The position numbers and the translations under genes are program-made. From sequence record NC_028448.1: 64,000 bases of DNA; one strand, 5' to 3'. The stretch comes from Escherichia phage slur14. The notes under the pieces were generated by a model. The model was not told the DNA's origin, searched no databases, and saw nothing but the letters and a program-made list of their open reading frames with translations. Position 1 is the stretch's first letter. Each line of letters begins with the position of its first letter. Of this stretch, positions 10,086 to 24,915 are shown in pieces.

Positions 10086-10391
10086 TTAAATTGCTTTGAA
10101 TTCTGATGTCTGTGATTCAAAGCGAATATCGCCTTTGATGACTAGCTCAGCATCAAGACCGAATACAACAATGATATGCGCTGAACCTGGATACAACGTG
10201 ATGGCAACAGAATCCACCTGGTCTGGAAGCAAAGTATTCAATACATGAGTCACTTGAGCGTGGATTCGAAGTTCAGCTGCATTATCAAGCTTTTCAAACA
10301 TGTTATTAGCGATAATTTGGCTAAACACTACTTCTACGATTTTAGAGTAAGTCGGAAACATATTTACCTCACATAATTTTCTTCGAGCCAA
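10086..10391 (-). CDS. hypothetical protein (cd.4 position)
   Basis: 101-aa ORF. Confidence 0.55.
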   Translation of the reverse strand: MARRKLCEVNMFPTYSKIVEVVFSQIIANNMFEKLDNAAELRIHAQVTHVLNTLLPDQVDSVAITLYPGSAHIIVVFGLDAELVIKGDIRFESQTSEFKAI

Positions 10392-10564
10392 TCAATAACA
10401 TCCAAAGCGTTATCAAAAGTTGAACCATCTACTTTGTCTTCTGTTTCATAATCAAGAACATCTAGGCCTACTCTTCCGTCAACAATAGGCCATAAACAAA
10501 ATAGATATTTCTTTTCTTTTTCAATTTTATCACAAAGACGATAAATCTTTTCTATATTATTCAT
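10364..10564 (-). CDS. hypothetical protein (cd.5 position)
   Basis: 66-aa ORF. Confidence 0.5.
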   Translation of the reverse strand: MNNIEKIYRLCDKIEKEKKYLFCLWPIVDGRVGLDVLDYETEDKVDGSTFDNALDVIDWLEENYVR

Positions 10565-10753
10565 AAGTTTTCCATGGTAAAGGCAGTTTAGTTTTCTTTA
10601 CTGTTAGTTCAATATCAGGATTCTTTTCTCTTAATTTAAGGCATTCCTCCCAAGCTCTGATTTCACTAGTGAATACACAAAATTGCCCATTACTAGTACC
10701 AACTAAACCACTATTTACAATAACAATAGACCAAGTTTCATGATGCCACGCCA

Positions 10754-10754
<1 letters not shown>
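10557..10754 (-). CDS. hypothetical small protein
   Basis: 65-aa ORF coupled to pseT stop. Confidence 0.45.
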
Positions 10755-11979
<1,225 letters not shown>

Positions 11980-11982
11980 TTA

Positions 11983-12213
11983 TTATTTCTCAACCAATGA
12001 TTGAATATAATCATGCAGGTCTTTAGATGCTTTACCCCACTTATTTTGGTATTCATTTTTAAGATTAGCCCGAGATTGAGCTAATAAAACATCATTAGTT
12101 GGAGGTAAAGATTCTAACCGTTGAATCTGGCGTCCATAAATCATTGCAGCCATCTCGGATTCATAAATCAATCCTTTGAGATGTTCAAATTGATGCCATG
12201 AAATCATTTGCAT
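11983..12213 (-). CDS. hypothetical protein
   Basis: 76-aa ORF. Confidence 0.5.
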   Translation of the reverse strand: MQMISWHQFEHLKGLIYESEMAAMIYGRQIQRLESLPPTNDVLLAQSRANLKNEYQNKWGKASKDLHDYIQSLVEK

Positions 12214-12503
12214 TTATCCTCTTTTAGCTCTTGACGATAATAACATATCATAGTTTTTTGGTCATGTACATATCGTTTTACATCATTAAGCCAAATACGA
12301 AATTCCTGGGAATCTTCAAATGGCATACCGACCCAAGCTTTACCATCAATAACTTTAACTTGCCAAGATAGTTTAGCTTCATCATATGACTTTATTTGTA
12401 CAGGCCAATTAGGATGAACTGTTTCTTTCTTTACTTCTAGAGGCTTTGTCGAACAACCAACTAGAAGACCAATAGATAATATTACTGCTGATAGTTTAAT
12501 CAT
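12204..12503 (-). CDS. pseT.2: o-spanin (outer-membrane lipoprotein, Rz1-like)
   Basis: 99 aa; signal peptide with lipobox LLVGC; directly downstream of and overlapping the i-spanin gene. Confidence 0.8.
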   Translation of the reverse strand: MIKLSAVILSIGLLVGCSTKPLEVKKETVHPNWPVQIKSYDEAKLSWQVKVIDGKAWVGMPFEDSQEFRIWLNDVKRYVHDQKTMICYYRQELKEDKCK

Positions 12504-12853
12504 TTAGAAAGGTCCTGGATGTCTTCTGCGAACTTGTTGAAGGAGTTGTTGATTTGTTTTTCAACCAATCCTGGCTTATGAGCCACCACATCCGCCTTCT
12601 TTGCGTCTTTGCGCAGTTTTTCATTTTCACGCTCAATAGCAGCAATTGCCTCACGATTTTTATTATTCATCGCATCAATATAATTATACTGAATTCGCAA
12701 ATTGTTTAATGCTAAAGCGTTTTCATTGGCCGTTTTTGTAATTTCTACAACAGACGTTTCTAATCTTTCAATTTTATTTTTTAAAATTAAAGAAGTTCCG
12801 CCCAATGCAATTACAATTAATAGCAAACCTGTTGTCGTATTACTTAATTGCAT
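12500..12853 (-). CDS. pseT.3: i-spanin (inner-membrane, Rz-like)
   Basis: 117 aa; N-terminal TM segment (GLLLIVIALGGTSLIL) then coiled-coil-like region; 4-nt overlap with o-spanin. Confidence 0.8.
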   Translation of the reverse strand: MQLSNTTTGLLLIVIALGGTSLILKNKIERLETSVVEITKTANENALALNNLRIQYNYIDAMNNKNREAIAAIERENEKLRKDAKKADVVAHKPGLVEKQINNSFNKFAEDIQDLSK

Positions 12854-13347
12854 AAAGTTTTAATAACCTCTATAATATCGTCTTGAGAAAGACCGTTAAT
12901 TAAAATATGATGTTCCGCCGGAGATTTAGAAATTTTAAAGCATGCCGCAACATCTTCTGCCATATCTGATGCACTACGATTTGGATTACTAATCCCAAGG
13001 CGGTGTTTTCCCGTTAAAGGATTAACGATGATATAGCATTTACAGTTGTTAACATGAACATTAGGTTGAGTCTGATTAATGAACACATCACAATCATATT
13101 TCGCAAGCTGATTTTCTAAAAAGACTTTCATCTCCTCAACCGCATCAGGAAGCATATCACGGGCTTGCTCAAGACGACGATTTCGATATTCTTTAATGGT
13201 CGTTTTCCGCTTGACTTGCTTAGCTAAATCTTTCTTAAGATCGGTGATATATCCAACTCGACGATTTCCTTTGAATACAGAAATCCCATCTGTAGTATCA
13301 CCGTATGCTTCAACGACCATTTCAGTAGTAATAAGTTGTAAATCCAT
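12844..13347 (-). CDS. alc: Alc, inhibitor of host transcription on cytosine DNA
   Basis: 167 aa from second Met (MDLQLITTEMVVEAYGD...); position between spanins and rnlA as in T4. Confidence 0.85.
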   Translation of the reverse strand: MDLQLITTEMVVEAYGDTTDGISVFKGNRRVGYITDLKKDLAKQVKRKTTIKEYRNRRLEQARDMLPDAVEEMKVFLENQLAKYDCDVFINQTQPNVHVNNCKCYIIVNPLTGKHRLGISNPNRSASDMAEDVAACFKISKSPAEHHILINGLSQDDIIEVIKTLCN

Positions 13348-13411
13348 CATAAAGTCCTCATGTTATGTCAGTAAGACTACTATAACACAACACGAGGGAC
13401 TTGTAAACAGC

Positions 13412-14999
<1,588 letters not shown>

Positions 15000-15021
15000 A
15001 ATAAAATGGGCCTTGCGGCCC
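15000..15021 (-). terminator. hairpin/terminator between nrdB and denA
   Basis: Minus-strand GGGCCGCAAGGCCC followed by ATTTTATT, directly before denA ATG. Confidence 0.5.
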
Positions 15022-15026
15022 ACTCC

Positions 15027-16196
15027 TTAAAAATATTTTTTAAAACTCATCATAACTTTATCATCAACATCATTATCAATCTGTGCTACAAGGTAAGATG
15101 ACAGTTCTACTTCTTGCGGCGCGGATTGAACATTATCAGAATTAAGGTATTCACGAATCCAAGGATATGGATGTTTAACCGGAGCATCGGTAATTGGGCA
15201 TGGAAGACCGCACTGTTTCATACGAGATACAGTTAAGTAATCAATAAAGCTCCACATGCTATTTGTATTTAATCCAGGAACATCACCATCTTTAAATAAA
15301 TGAACTGCCCAATCTTTTTCTTGGCGGTTAACTTCCATGAAAATATCAACTGCTTCTTGTTCACACTCTTGAGCAATTTTAACCCATTCATCGCCATCAG
15401 TGCCAAGTTGAAGTTGACGAATAATATATTGAGTGCCTTTAAGGTGAAGCTGCTCATCACGTGCAATGAACTTCATAATCTTGGCATTACCTTCCATGAT
15501 TTCCATATTCTTGTGGAAGTTAAAGGTACATGCGAAAGATACATAAAAACGAATAGCTTCTAAGGCATTAATAACGTGCAAACAGAGGTAAAGAGATTTC
15601 ATTAGCTCTCGTTTGGCGTATTCAACGACTTTACCAAGTTCATCTTTGCGCCAACCTTCAGACAAAATTCCTTCGTATTCTTCTTTAGCGTTTTCCCATT
15701 CACGGGTTTTAACCAAGACATCATCGTAATATCGCCCAATGGACTCAGCACGTTTCATAATAGCTTCATCTAATACAATCTCATCAAACACCTTCGATGG
15801 ATCAGTATAAAGATTTCGCATGATATGTGTATATGAACGGCTGTGAATAGTTTCACTAAAAGTCCACGTAGCAACCCATGTATCAAGGCTTGGGTCTGAA
15901 ATTAATGACATAAGTACAGCAGATGGCGCGCGACCCTGAATGCTATCCAAAAGTGATTGATACTTCAGGTTATTAGTAAAAATATTCTGTTGATACTGAG
16001 GAAGTTTATTAAATTGTGCAGCATCCATCATCAAGTTTACTTCTTCAGGACGCCAGAAAAATGATAATTGCTTTTCAGTCAAATCTTCAAAAACTTTATG
16101 GCGTTGAATATCATAACGCGCAATACCAAGACCTGAACCGAAGAACATAGGTTCTTTTAAAACATCAACTGGATTTGTATTAAAAACTGTGCTCAT
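15027..16196 (-). CDS. nrdB: ribonucleotide reductase small subunit
   Basis: 389-aa uninterrupted frame with class I R2 features; no intron. Confidence 0.95.
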   Translation of the reverse strand: MSTVFNTNPVDVLKEPMFFGSGLGIARYDIQRHKVFEDLTEKQLSFFWRPEEVNLMMDAAQFNKLPQYQQNIFTNNLKYQSLLDSIQGRAPSAVLMSLISDPSLDTWVATWTFSETIHSRSYTHIMRNLYTDPSKVFDEIVLDEAIMKRAESIGRYYDDVLVKTREWENAKEEYEGILSEGWRKDELGKVVEYAKRELMKSLYLCLHVINALEAIRFYVSFACTFNFHKNMEIMEGNAKIMKFIARDEQLHLKGTQYIIRQLQLGTDGDEWVKIAQECEQEAVDIFMEVNRQEKDWAVHLFKDGDVPGLNTNSMWSFIDYLTVSRMKQCGLPCPITDAPVKHPYPWIREYLNSDNVQSAPQEVELSSYLVAQIDNDVDDKVMMSFKKYF

Positions 16197-16247
16197 AAAT
16201 TTTCCGCTTAGTTAATAGTTGGTGACTCGTCCATGAGTCAAATTATA

Positions 16248-18512
16248 TCATAATTTACAGGATGAACAATCTTCAGCTTTAGGAGTTTCTATTTCATAAT
16301 CATCAGTACCAGAACCATCGCGGGTATTATGATAATAGAAATTTTTTCCGCCAAAATACCAAAAATACAAAAGGTCATCAATCATTATTGACATTGGAAC
16401 CTTGCCTTTAGGGAAGATTTGGGGGTCATAGTATGTATTCGCCGAAGCTGATTGACAAACCCATTTCAGCATAATAGCTACCTGCGTAAGATAAGGTTTA
16501 TTACCTTTCTTAGCTAATTTCCATGTATAGTCGTAAAGGTCTATGTTATGCTCAATATTGGGCACGACTTGATTAAAGGAGCCCTCTTTTGATTCTTTAA
16601 CAGAGACTGGTCCACGTGGAGGCTCGATACCGTTTGTACTGTTAGAAACTTGGGAAGATGACTCACATGGCATAAGTGCTGATAATGTGCTATTACGGAT
16701 GCCAAAGAGCTTAAGGTCTTCCCGCAGCGACGACCAGTCACAAACGTATTTTGGAGCTGCGATTTGGTCAATCTTTTTATTGTACCAGTCGATAGGTAAT
16801 TCGCCTCGAGACCAACGAGTGTCTGAATAATATTCGCAAGGTCCTTTTTCTTTGGCGAGCTTAATGGATGCTTTAATGAGTCCATACTGTAATCTCTCAA
16901 ATAGTTCATGTGTTAAATCGTTAGCATCTTCATAAGAAGCAAAGTTACTTGCCAGCCAAGCTGCATAGTTAGTAACACCTACACCAAGGTTTCGACGCTT
17001 TTTAGCTTTTTCTGCTTCAGGAACTGGATATCCTTGGTAATCCAAAAGATTATCAAGAGCACGAACTTGAACTTCTGCCAATTCATTAATTTTATCTTGG
17101 TCTTGCCAGTCAAAATTATCCAGTACGAATGCAGAGAGAGTACACAATCCAATTTCAGCATCAGGACTATTCACATCATTTGTTGGAATAGCAATTTCAC
17201 AGCACAAGTTACTCTGACGAATAGGTGCCTTTTCACGAATAAACGGAGTATAGTTATTCGTATTATCAATGAACTGCACATAAATCCTTGCTGTTCCTGA
17301 ACGTTCAGTCATGAGCAATTCAAATAGTTCACGGGCTTTAATACGCTTTTTACGAATATTAGGGTCTTTTTCTGCTGCTTCGTATAATTCACGGAAACGG
17401 TCTTGGTCTTTAAAATAAGAATAATAAAGCTCGCCACCCATTTCATGCGGACTGAACAAAGTAATGTAATCGTTCTTTCCGAATCGTTCCATCATCAAAT
17501 CATTCAGCTGAACACCATAATCCATATGACGAATGCGGTTTTCTTCTACGCCTTTGTTATTTTTCAAAACGAGAAGATTTTCAACTTCCAAATGCCAAAT
17601 AGGATAATAAGCAGTAGCAGCGCCGCCACGAATTCCACCCTGTGAACATGATTTAACTGCAGTCTGAAAATGTTTCCAAAAAGGAATAACACCAGTATGG
17701 CGTACTTCACCCATGCCAATCTTAGAACCTTCAGCACGAATCATACCTACGTTAATTCCAATTCCAGCGCGTTTAGAAATATATTCAACAATTGAAGCAG
17801 AAGCTTTATTAATTGACTTCAATGAATCACCAGCTTCAATAACAACGCATGAACTAAACTGTCGAGTCGGAGTACGGCAACCAGCCATAATAGGAGTTGG
17901 CAATGAAATCTGTCGAGTAGATACTGCTTCATAAAAACGAATAACATGTTTTAATCTATCAACAGGTTCATCTTGATGCAATGCCATTCCAATAGTCATA
18001 AATGCAAACTGTGGAGTTTCATAAATTTGACCAGTGGTTTTATCTTTAACTAGATATTTTTCTTTTAATTGCATCGCCCCGGAATAAGTAAATTCCATAT
18101 CCCGCTCGTGCTTAATTTTTGATTCTAAAAATGTAATTTCTTCTGCTGAATATTTTGACAATAATTCAGGGTCGTATTTACCTTCATTTACACAGTAAGA
18201 AATATGGTCAATAAATGAACGTGGTTCATACTGTCCATAAACATGCTTACGAAGAGCAAACATTAAACAACGTGCAGCTACATATTGATAATCAGGCTCT
18301 TCAACCGAAATAGAATTCGCAGCAGCCTTAATGACAATAGTCTGAATATCATTAGTTGTCATTCCATCACGGAGATAAGATTTAATATTTTCATATAATT
18401 CATAAGGATCTACTGATGTTCCTTCAGCTGCCCAAGATAAAACTTTAATAATTTTTTGTGGGTCAAAGCTCTGAGAAACACCACTACTTTTGATAACATT
18501 AATTAATTGCAT
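16248..18512 (-). CDS. nrdA: ribonucleotide reductase large subunit
   Basis: 754 aa; class Ia R1-like C-terminal cysteine pair (EDCSSCKL); only 51 bp from nrdB. Confidence 0.95.
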   Translation of the reverse strand: MQLINVIKSSGVSQSFDPQKIIKVLSWAAEGTSVDPYELYENIKSYLRDGMTTNDIQTIVIKAAANSISVEEPDYQYVAARCLMFALRKHVYGQYEPRSFIDHISYCVNEGKYDPELLSKYSAEEITFLESKIKHERDMEFTYSGAMQLKEKYLVKDKTTGQIYETPQFAFMTIGMALHQDEPVDRLKHVIRFYEAVSTRQISLPTPIMAGCRTPTRQFSSCVVIEAGDSLKSINKASASIVEYISKRAGIGINVGMIRAEGSKIGMGEVRHTGVIPFWKHFQTAVKSCSQGGIRGGAATAYYPIWHLEVENLLVLKNNKGVEENRIRHMDYGVQLNDLMMERFGKNDYITLFSPHEMGGELYYSYFKDQDRFRELYEAAEKDPNIRKKRIKARELFELLMTERSGTARIYVQFIDNTNNYTPFIREKAPIRQSNLCCEIAIPTNDVNSPDAEIGLCTLSAFVLDNFDWQDQDKINELAEVQVRALDNLLDYQGYPVPEAEKAKKRRNLGVGVTNYAAWLASNFASYEDANDLTHELFERLQYGLIKASIKLAKEKGPCEYYSDTRWSRGELPIDWYNKKIDQIAAPKYVCDWSSLREDLKLFGIRNSTLSALMPCESSSQVSNSTNGIEPPRGPVSVKESKEGSFNQVVPNIEHNIDLYDYTWKLAKKGNKPYLTQVAIMLKWVCQSASANTYYDPQIFPKGKVPMSIMIDDLLYFWYFGGKNFYYHNTRDGSGTDDYEIETPKAEDCSSCKL

Positions 18513-18829
18513 AAGTCCTCAACTTGAAAATCGTCTTTAAACAATCGGTTAACTATATGAGCTATTATATCACCATGACACGGCTTTGGTTTACATGTGC
18601 ATCCTAGCCTCATTCCACGTAAAGGCTCTAAATGTGCTTTAGTTATTTCTCCGGATTTAATTCGACGTATAAAATCTTTTTTGAATAATTCAATGGCAGC
18701 CTCCCGGCTGCCAGCATCTTTACCGACGTAATTTCCCCAAAATGTACCGCGGTGAATATTAACATCAAAGTCGGATTTGTATTTATTCACTACCCGACAT
18801 AGACGGCCAGCGCGGTGATGATTCGGCAT
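18503..18829 (-). CDS. hypothetical Cys/His-motif protein (nrdA.1 position)
   Basis: 108 aa with [13 protein letters not shown] cluster. Confidence 0.6.
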   Translation of the reverse strand: MPNHHRAGRLCRVVNKYKSDFDVNIHRGTFWGNYVGKDAGSREAAIELFKKDFIRRIKSGEITKAHLEPLRGMRLGCTCKPKPCHGDIIAHIVNRLFKDDFQVEDLCN

Positions 18830-19046
18830 ATTGTTTTTCCGTTAATACAGTAATATCGTAGTAACAGTCAGAAGAAGTTTTAACTGTGGAAATTTTATTG
18901 TCAAAATATTCACGAGTCATTTTATGAGTATAGTATTTTTTACCATAAATGATAATAGGCTGTTCTGGTCCTGGAACTTCTAACTCGCTTGGGTTAGGAA
19001 GTGTAAAAAGAACAACGCCAGAAGTATCTTTAAATCGTAAAATCAT
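18783..19046 (-). CDS. hypothetical protein (nrdA.2 position)
   Basis: 87-aa ORF; overlaps preceding ORF by 47 nt, one boundary may be wrong. Confidence 0.45.
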   Translation of the reverse strand: MILRFKDTSGVVLFTLPNPSELEVPGPEQPIIIYGKKYYTHKMTREYFDNKISTVKTSSDCYYDITVLTEKQYAESSPRWPSMSGSE

Positions 19047-19903
19047 ATTGCCATTTTCCCTTTAATTGCTGGATGCGATTCATAATTTTCAAGGATAAAA
19101 TCTTTCGGTTTCATGTATTCAGTTAACCAGTAAAGCTGTGTTTCGGTGTCACAATTTCCAAACTCTATAGGCCAATCAATTTTAAGTTCACACAGTTCTT
19201 TAGGCTCACGACGTAAAATTTCTTTACATTGCTCAGTATGATTCATATAGATGTGAGTATTACCACCAGAAAATATCAAATCTCCTGGGATAAGATTACA
19301 CATCTTAGCCACAATATGCGTCAAGGCAGCGTACGAGGCAATGTTGAATGGCAATCCCAAGAAAACATCTACACTTCTTTGGTACCATTGTAAATCAAGA
19401 TAACCATTACGCACATTAAACTGATAGAACATATGACAGGGCGGTAATGCCATTTGATTGATTTCAGCTGGATTCCATGCTGAAACGATTTGACGTCGAT
19501 CAGTTGGTAATTTTTTAATACGATCAATAGTTTCAACTAATTGATCCACACCACCGAAATCACGCCATTGTTTACCGTATATAGGACCAAGTTCACCACT
19601 ATGATATCCTAGGTCTTTAGCTTGGTTTTCATAGTTATCGTCCCAAATAGTTTTACCTTGAATAAGACTGCCATGAGTGCGAAGACGTAAATCATTAACA
19701 TTGGTAGAACCGGAAATAAACCATAGAAGCTCAGCAATGCATGCATTCCAGGCGAGCTTTTTAGTTGTTACTGCAGGAAAACCTTTTGTTAAATCCCAAC
19801 GCAATTTAGTACCGAACAAAGCAATTGTTCCTGTGCCTGTTCGGTCATCGGTTTCATAGCCATTTTCAAAAATGTCTTTAATTAAATCTTGGTATTGTTT
19901 CAT
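19043..19903 (-). CDS. td: thymidylate synthase
   Basis: 286-aa uninterrupted frame; TS active-site region [11 protein letters not shown]; no intron. Confidence 0.95.
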   Translation of the reverse strand: MKQYQDLIKDIFENGYETDDRTGTGTIALFGTKLRWDLTKGFPAVTTKKLAWNACIAELLWFISGSTNVNDLRLRTHGSLIQGKTIWDDNYENQAKDLGYHSGELGPIYGKQWRDFGGVDQLVETIDRIKKLPTDRRQIVSAWNPAEINQMALPPCHMFYQFNVRNGYLDLQWYQRSVDVFLGLPFNIASYAALTHIVAKMCNLIPGDLIFSGGNTHIYMNHTEQCKEILRREPKELCELKIDWPIEFGNCDTETQLYWLTEYMKPKDFILENYESHPAIKGKMAI

Positions 19904-19948
19904 TTAGTACCTTATATAAATTATAATACATTTTATGAAGCTAAATAA

Positions 19949-21145
<1,197 letters not shown>

Positions 21146-21156
21146 ATTATCTCCTA

Positions 21157-21489
21157 TTAAAAAGGATCAGGAACATATCCGCTAGCTTTAATCATTTTAA
21201 TTAACGTTAACATTCCTTTGTTAACTGCTCGTGAGATTTCATCAAAAACTTCATCACTAAAAAGTTCTAACACGCCCTTCTGAACTTTTAATTTACAGCC
21301 AACAATTTCGTCATCGCCTATAGTAAATTCATTACCACCAATTCCACCGAAAAACTTAATTACACCAGTTAACTGTCTTCCACGAGAATATGGGTCGTGT
21401 GATAAAGTAATATGAGTCACCCCGGGTACAGTTTTAAATTGGCAGCGAATATTTACTTGTGAAATTCCAGTTACATGAATGTCAGACAT
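21157..21489 (-). CDS. hypothetical protein (frd.2 position)
   Basis: 110-aa ORF. Confidence 0.6.
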   Translation of the reverse strand: MSDIHVTGISQVNIRCQFKTVPGVTHITLSHDPYSRGRQLTGVIKFFGGIGGNEFTIGDDEIVGCKLKVQKGVLELFSDEVFDEISRAVNKGMLTLIKMIKASGYVPDPF

Positions 21490-21499
21490 AATATTTTCC

Positions 21500-21742
21500 T
21501 CAAATAGACTTTTTCACAATTTTCCAATCAGCTTTAAACTGATCGACGTCAGAGTGATAAATCCAAAATCCTGCGCTTTCTCCGTCTTCATAAAGAGGAC
21601 ATCCATCGCATTCATCTTCCCACCCCATATCGCGTAAAAGGTGTTCAGCTTTTTCAACAAGCTCAGAATCTTTACCGATGATATTAAAATACCATTTACC
21701 TCTAACTTCTGAATCTTTGATGCTCTGGCGTTGTAATCTCAT
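21500..21742 (-). CDS. hypothetical protein (frd.3 position)
   Basis: 80-aa ORF. Confidence 0.55.
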   Translation of the reverse strand: MRLQRQSIKDSEVRGKWYFNIIGKDSELVEKAEHLLRDMGWEDECDGCPLYEDGESAGFWIYHSDVDQFKADWKIVKKSI

Positions 21743-21880
21743 TTTATTCTCCTTAGCAAGCTTTAATCAAAAGATATAAACAGACCAACATAACTGCTGC
21801 CATAATATAAGGTGCGAACATTTTCTTTTCTCCATTAGTTTTGATAGGGTAATAGTATCACACTACTACCCTTCTGTAAA

Positions 21881-22243
21881 CTACTTTTTGAAAGTTTTTC
21901 GCAAAAGTTCAATGATTTCATCTACATTGTTTTCGTCAACAATGCAGTGAATTTTTGTTACGCCAGAAACCTTGTCTTCTATTTCATCTTCAGAAGTCGG
22001 TTCTTTATACTCACGAAAACAATGAAATTCATCTTCGCAGACGTTGAAGTAAAAATGCTTTCCATTGGCGCATTCTACGTGTTTTACTACTTTAAATTCA
22101 TCAGCAAAGAAAACTTCTTTAACTTCAAACCATCCGCCATTTTCTTGAATAGCTTTAACTATTAATGAATTAGAACGCGGGCGATAATTAATAAATGTAT
22201 CAATAAGTCTTGGAACAAGTTCGTACTTTTTATCAATATACAT
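21881..22243 (-). CDS. hypothetical protein
   Basis: 120-aa ORF. Confidence 0.6.
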   Translation of the reverse strand: MYIDKKYELVPRLIDTFINYRPRSNSLIVKAIQENGGWFEVKEVFFADEFKVVKHVECANGKHFYFNVCEDEFHCFREYKEPTSEDEIEDKVSGVTKIHCIVDENNVDEIIELLRKTFKK

Positions 22244-22287
22244 TATGTTTTCCTCATTTTAATAGGGGCTTGATAGCCCCTCGATAA

Positions 22288-22518
22288 TTACTGTTCAATC
22301 AATCCCATGTAAAATTCTGCATCTTCAGCATCCATACCATCACAGTATTCATTAGCCATAAATCGTTCAAGAACTTCTAAAGGACCTTCAATAACAATAG
22401 AAAAATTGCAATAATTGGGATCATCATGAATACTTGTGATACTAAGTTCAGGATAACGATTACGAATAATTTCTTCAATATATTCAAAATCAACGATGTC
22501 AATATCAACTTTAGCCAT
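22288..22518 (-). CDS. hypothetical acidic protein
   Basis: 76 aa from ATG at 22516-22518 (AAGAGGAAA SD); early promoter cassette upstream. Confidence 0.55.
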   Translation of the reverse strand: MAKVDIDIVDFEYIEEIIRNRYPELSITSIHDDPNYCNFSIVIEGPLEVLERFMANEYCDGMDAEDAEFYMGLIEQ

Positions 22519-22554
22519 ATTGTTTTCCTCTTTAATCATCAGCAGTATTGCCGA

Positions 22555-22595
22555 TAGTTGTATAGTACCATAAAGCTTTATGCTTGTAAACCGTT
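22555..22595 (-). promoter_or_regulatory. early promoter cassette downstream of gene 32
   Basis: Same conserved cassette (GATAGTTGTATAGTACC...TGTAAACCGTTTTGTGAAAAAATTTT). Confidence 0.65.
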
Positions 22596-22611
22596 TTGTG
22601 AAAAAATTTTT

Positions 22612-22642
22612 GAAATAAAAAAGGGGACCTCTAGGGTCCCCA
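22612..22642 (-). terminator. intrinsic terminator after gene 32
   Basis: Minus-strand GGGGACCCTAGAGGTCCCC followed by TTTTTTATTT. Confidence 0.7.
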
Positions 22643-22663
22643 ATTAATTAGTAATATAATCTA

Positions 22664-23572
22664 TTAAAGGTCATTCAAAAGGTCATCCAGGTCCGTGTCA
22701 TCAGCACTAGATGAACTGCCAGAGCTTGAGCTCATAAAATCATCTTCAGTTTTTGTATTGAAGTCATCAACATTGAATGCATCCAAATCATCAGCAACTT
22801 TATCAGCTTTCTTAGCAGCAGTTGCTGCGGCACCACCCATAGCAGCAGTTCCCATAACTTGACTGAACTTAGTGCTCAGTTCTTCAAACGATTTGAATTT
22901 ATCTTTAGAAGTCATTTCAGAAAGGTCAACCATTTGTTCGAACAGTTCTTTTTGGAAAGATTCATCATCAATGTTTGGAATCGCAGATTGATTCAGGAAT
23001 TTAGATTCGTCGTAGTTACTAAAACCAGAAACTTGTTTAACTTTCAGTACAAAGTTAGCACCTTCCCACGGACAAGTTACATCAACCGGAGTTTCACCCA
23101 TTTCAACATCAACTGCAATCATTGCATTGATTTTATCCCAGATTTTCTTACCGAAACGGTATTTAAATACTTTACCTTCGTTTTCTGGAGCAGCCGGGTC
23201 TTTTACTACAAGAATGTTAGCCCAGTAAGAAGTTTTACGTTTAACAAGGCTGTACTCTTTATTGTCAGTGTTGTACAAATCATTTTTACTGATGTATTGA
23301 CATACTGGACAAGAATCGTAATCACCGTGGGTAGATGAACAGTTTTCAATATACCATTTACCATTTTTCTTGAAACCGTGATTTACAAGAATTGCGAATG
23401 GTGCTTGTTCATCATTTTTAGACGGAAGAAAACGAATTACTGCTTGACCGTTACCCGCATTGTCGAGTTTCAGTTTCCACTCGCCTTTATCTTCAGAAGA
23501 AAAACCACCTTTATTTCCAGCCAGTTTAGCCATTTGTGCAGCGAGTTCAGCAGTAGATTTACGTTTAAACAT
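22664..23572 (-). CDS. 32: single-stranded DNA-binding protein gp32
   Basis: [48 protein letters not shown]... with acidic C-terminal tail; terminator hairpin downstream. Confidence 0.97.
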   Translation of the reverse strand: MFKRKSTAELAAQMAKLAGNKGGFSSEDKGEWKLKLDNAGNGQAVIRFLPSKNDEQAPFAILVNHGFKKNGKWYIENCSSTHGDYDSCPVCQYISKNDLYNTDNKEYSLVKRKTSYWANILVVKDPAAPENEGKVFKYRFGKKIWDKINAMIAVDVEMGETPVDVTCPWEGANFVLKVKQVSGFSNYDESKFLNQSAIPNIDDESFQKELFEQMVDLSEMTSKDKFKSFEELSTKFSQVMGTAAMGGAAATAAKKADKVADDLDAFNVDDFNTKTEDDFMSSSSGSSSSADDTDLDDLLNDL

Positions 23573-23671
23573 TTTTATTTCCTTTTTAATTTAATTAACA
23601 GTTGGTGCTATGACGATGTATGACCTCATAGCTGGTCAGTGAGATAATTATAATCTATTTATAATAAGCAA

Positions 23672-24325
23672 TTAATACTTGCAAGATTTCACAGTTTCAA
23701 TAAAAACATTTTTAGCTTTCTGTGAATCAATATTTAAAATTTTTCTATAAGCCTTTAACTTTATAGAATAATTATTCCAGACTAAATTATCAGTCTGTTC
23801 ATCATGTTTATCAATTATATTTAAAAACGAATCAAGCAAGATAAACGTTTCAAACGAAATTATATTCGACTGAAGCAGTTTAAAAATATAACTTGATTGA
23901 ACCTTTGGATTATATTCAAAGATTTCTTTAAAAGCAGAAACTTCAACTTTTTTACTAAAATAATAAATGTTGCGAATATCTTCTTCAAACTTAAATTTAA
24001 TTTGCTTTAAGCGTCCGATATATTCACGATAAAACACAAGTGCATCAGCGTCAGAGATGTCACCAATCCAAGCATCTTGGTTAGCAACAAGATTGCTTAT
24101 AAAGATTAAAGCAAGTTCCTTTAATTTATATTTTTCTGATAACTTCTGGAAAAAATACTTATCCCTTCGCTTTTGATAAGCGGCATCAGACACCCGCATG
24201 CACCAATTATACTTAATTACATCATACTTTCCATTCATATGTTGTTTTATCATTAAGTATAATTTATAAACTGATTTACCATCAATATATCTTTCACCAC
24301 CAGCAGGCATGCGGAGTTTAATCAT
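23672..24325 (-). CDS. 59: helicase loader gp59
   Basis: 217 aa, MIKLRMPAGGERYIDGKSVYKLYLMIKQHMNGKYD... Confidence 0.95.
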   Translation of the reverse strand: MIKLRMPAGGERYIDGKSVYKLYLMIKQHMNGKYDVIKYNWCMRVSDAAYQKRRDKYFFQKLSEKYKLKELALIFISNLVANQDAWIGDISDADALVFYREYIGRLKQIKFKFEEDIRNIYYFSKKVEVSAFKEIFEYNPKVQSSYIFKLLQSNIISFETFILLDSFLNIIDKHDEQTDNLVWNNYSIKLKAYRKILNIDSQKAKNVFIETVKSCKY

Positions 24326-24660
24326 AATAGAAAATCTAATGTATTAGTTTTTTCACAACGAACAACAGAAGGACGTAAAAGATTTTCGTCAATAGCTTCT
24401 GACTGAATTTTTTCAATTATACCCGAAGGAATAAATTTAGCAAATTGAGTTTCAGGAATAGAATTTTCTTCCAAGAATGCTGTTGTAGCTTCAAGATAAC
24501 TCATTCCAAACTCTTCTACCATTTTTTCAATAATAAATCCATTTTCTTGGCGGTCAAGAAGCTTTGCAATTTCATCCTTTTCTTTCTTAATTGAGAGTTC
24601 TTTTTCTGAAAGACCGGTCTCATCGACCGGACGAATATCATTTAGAGAAAACTGTGTCAT
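24322..24660 (-). CDS. 33: late transcription co-activator gp33
   Basis: 112 aa from ATG at 24658-24660 (MTQFSLNDIRPVDETG...); track start is TTG. Confidence 0.9.
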   Translation of the reverse strand: MTQFSLNDIRPVDETGLSEKELSIKKEKDEIAKLLDRQENGFIIEKMVEEFGMSYLEATTAFLEENSIPETQFAKFIPSGIIEKIQSEAIDENLLRPSVVRCEKTNTLDFLL

Positions 24661-24907
24661 AAAGTTCAACTACCTCTTCAGTTTCAGCTTCAAACACATC
24701 ACGGTTATCTTTATGATACAAAGCTAATAGACGATTAAACATCTTACCATCAACGCCAAGTTCATCTTTGGCACGAATTCGAATATCTTTAATCAATTCA
24801 TTATAACCAGAAATTTTCAGTTTATGATCAGATGCTTCTTTAATAAATTTAGCCAAGTCTTCGCCGTGGATAGCTTCATCAAATTCAACCATTTCTTTTT
24901 TAGCCAT
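24638..24907 (-). CDS. dsbA: dsDNA-binding protein DsbA
   Basis: 89 aa, position between rnh and 33 as in T4. Confidence 0.85.
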   Translation of the reverse strand: MAKKEMVEFDEAIHGEDLAKFIKEASDHKLKISGYNELIKDIRIRAKDELGVDGKMFNRLLALYHKDNRDVFEAETEEVVELYDTVFSK

Positions 24908-24915
24908 TATTCACC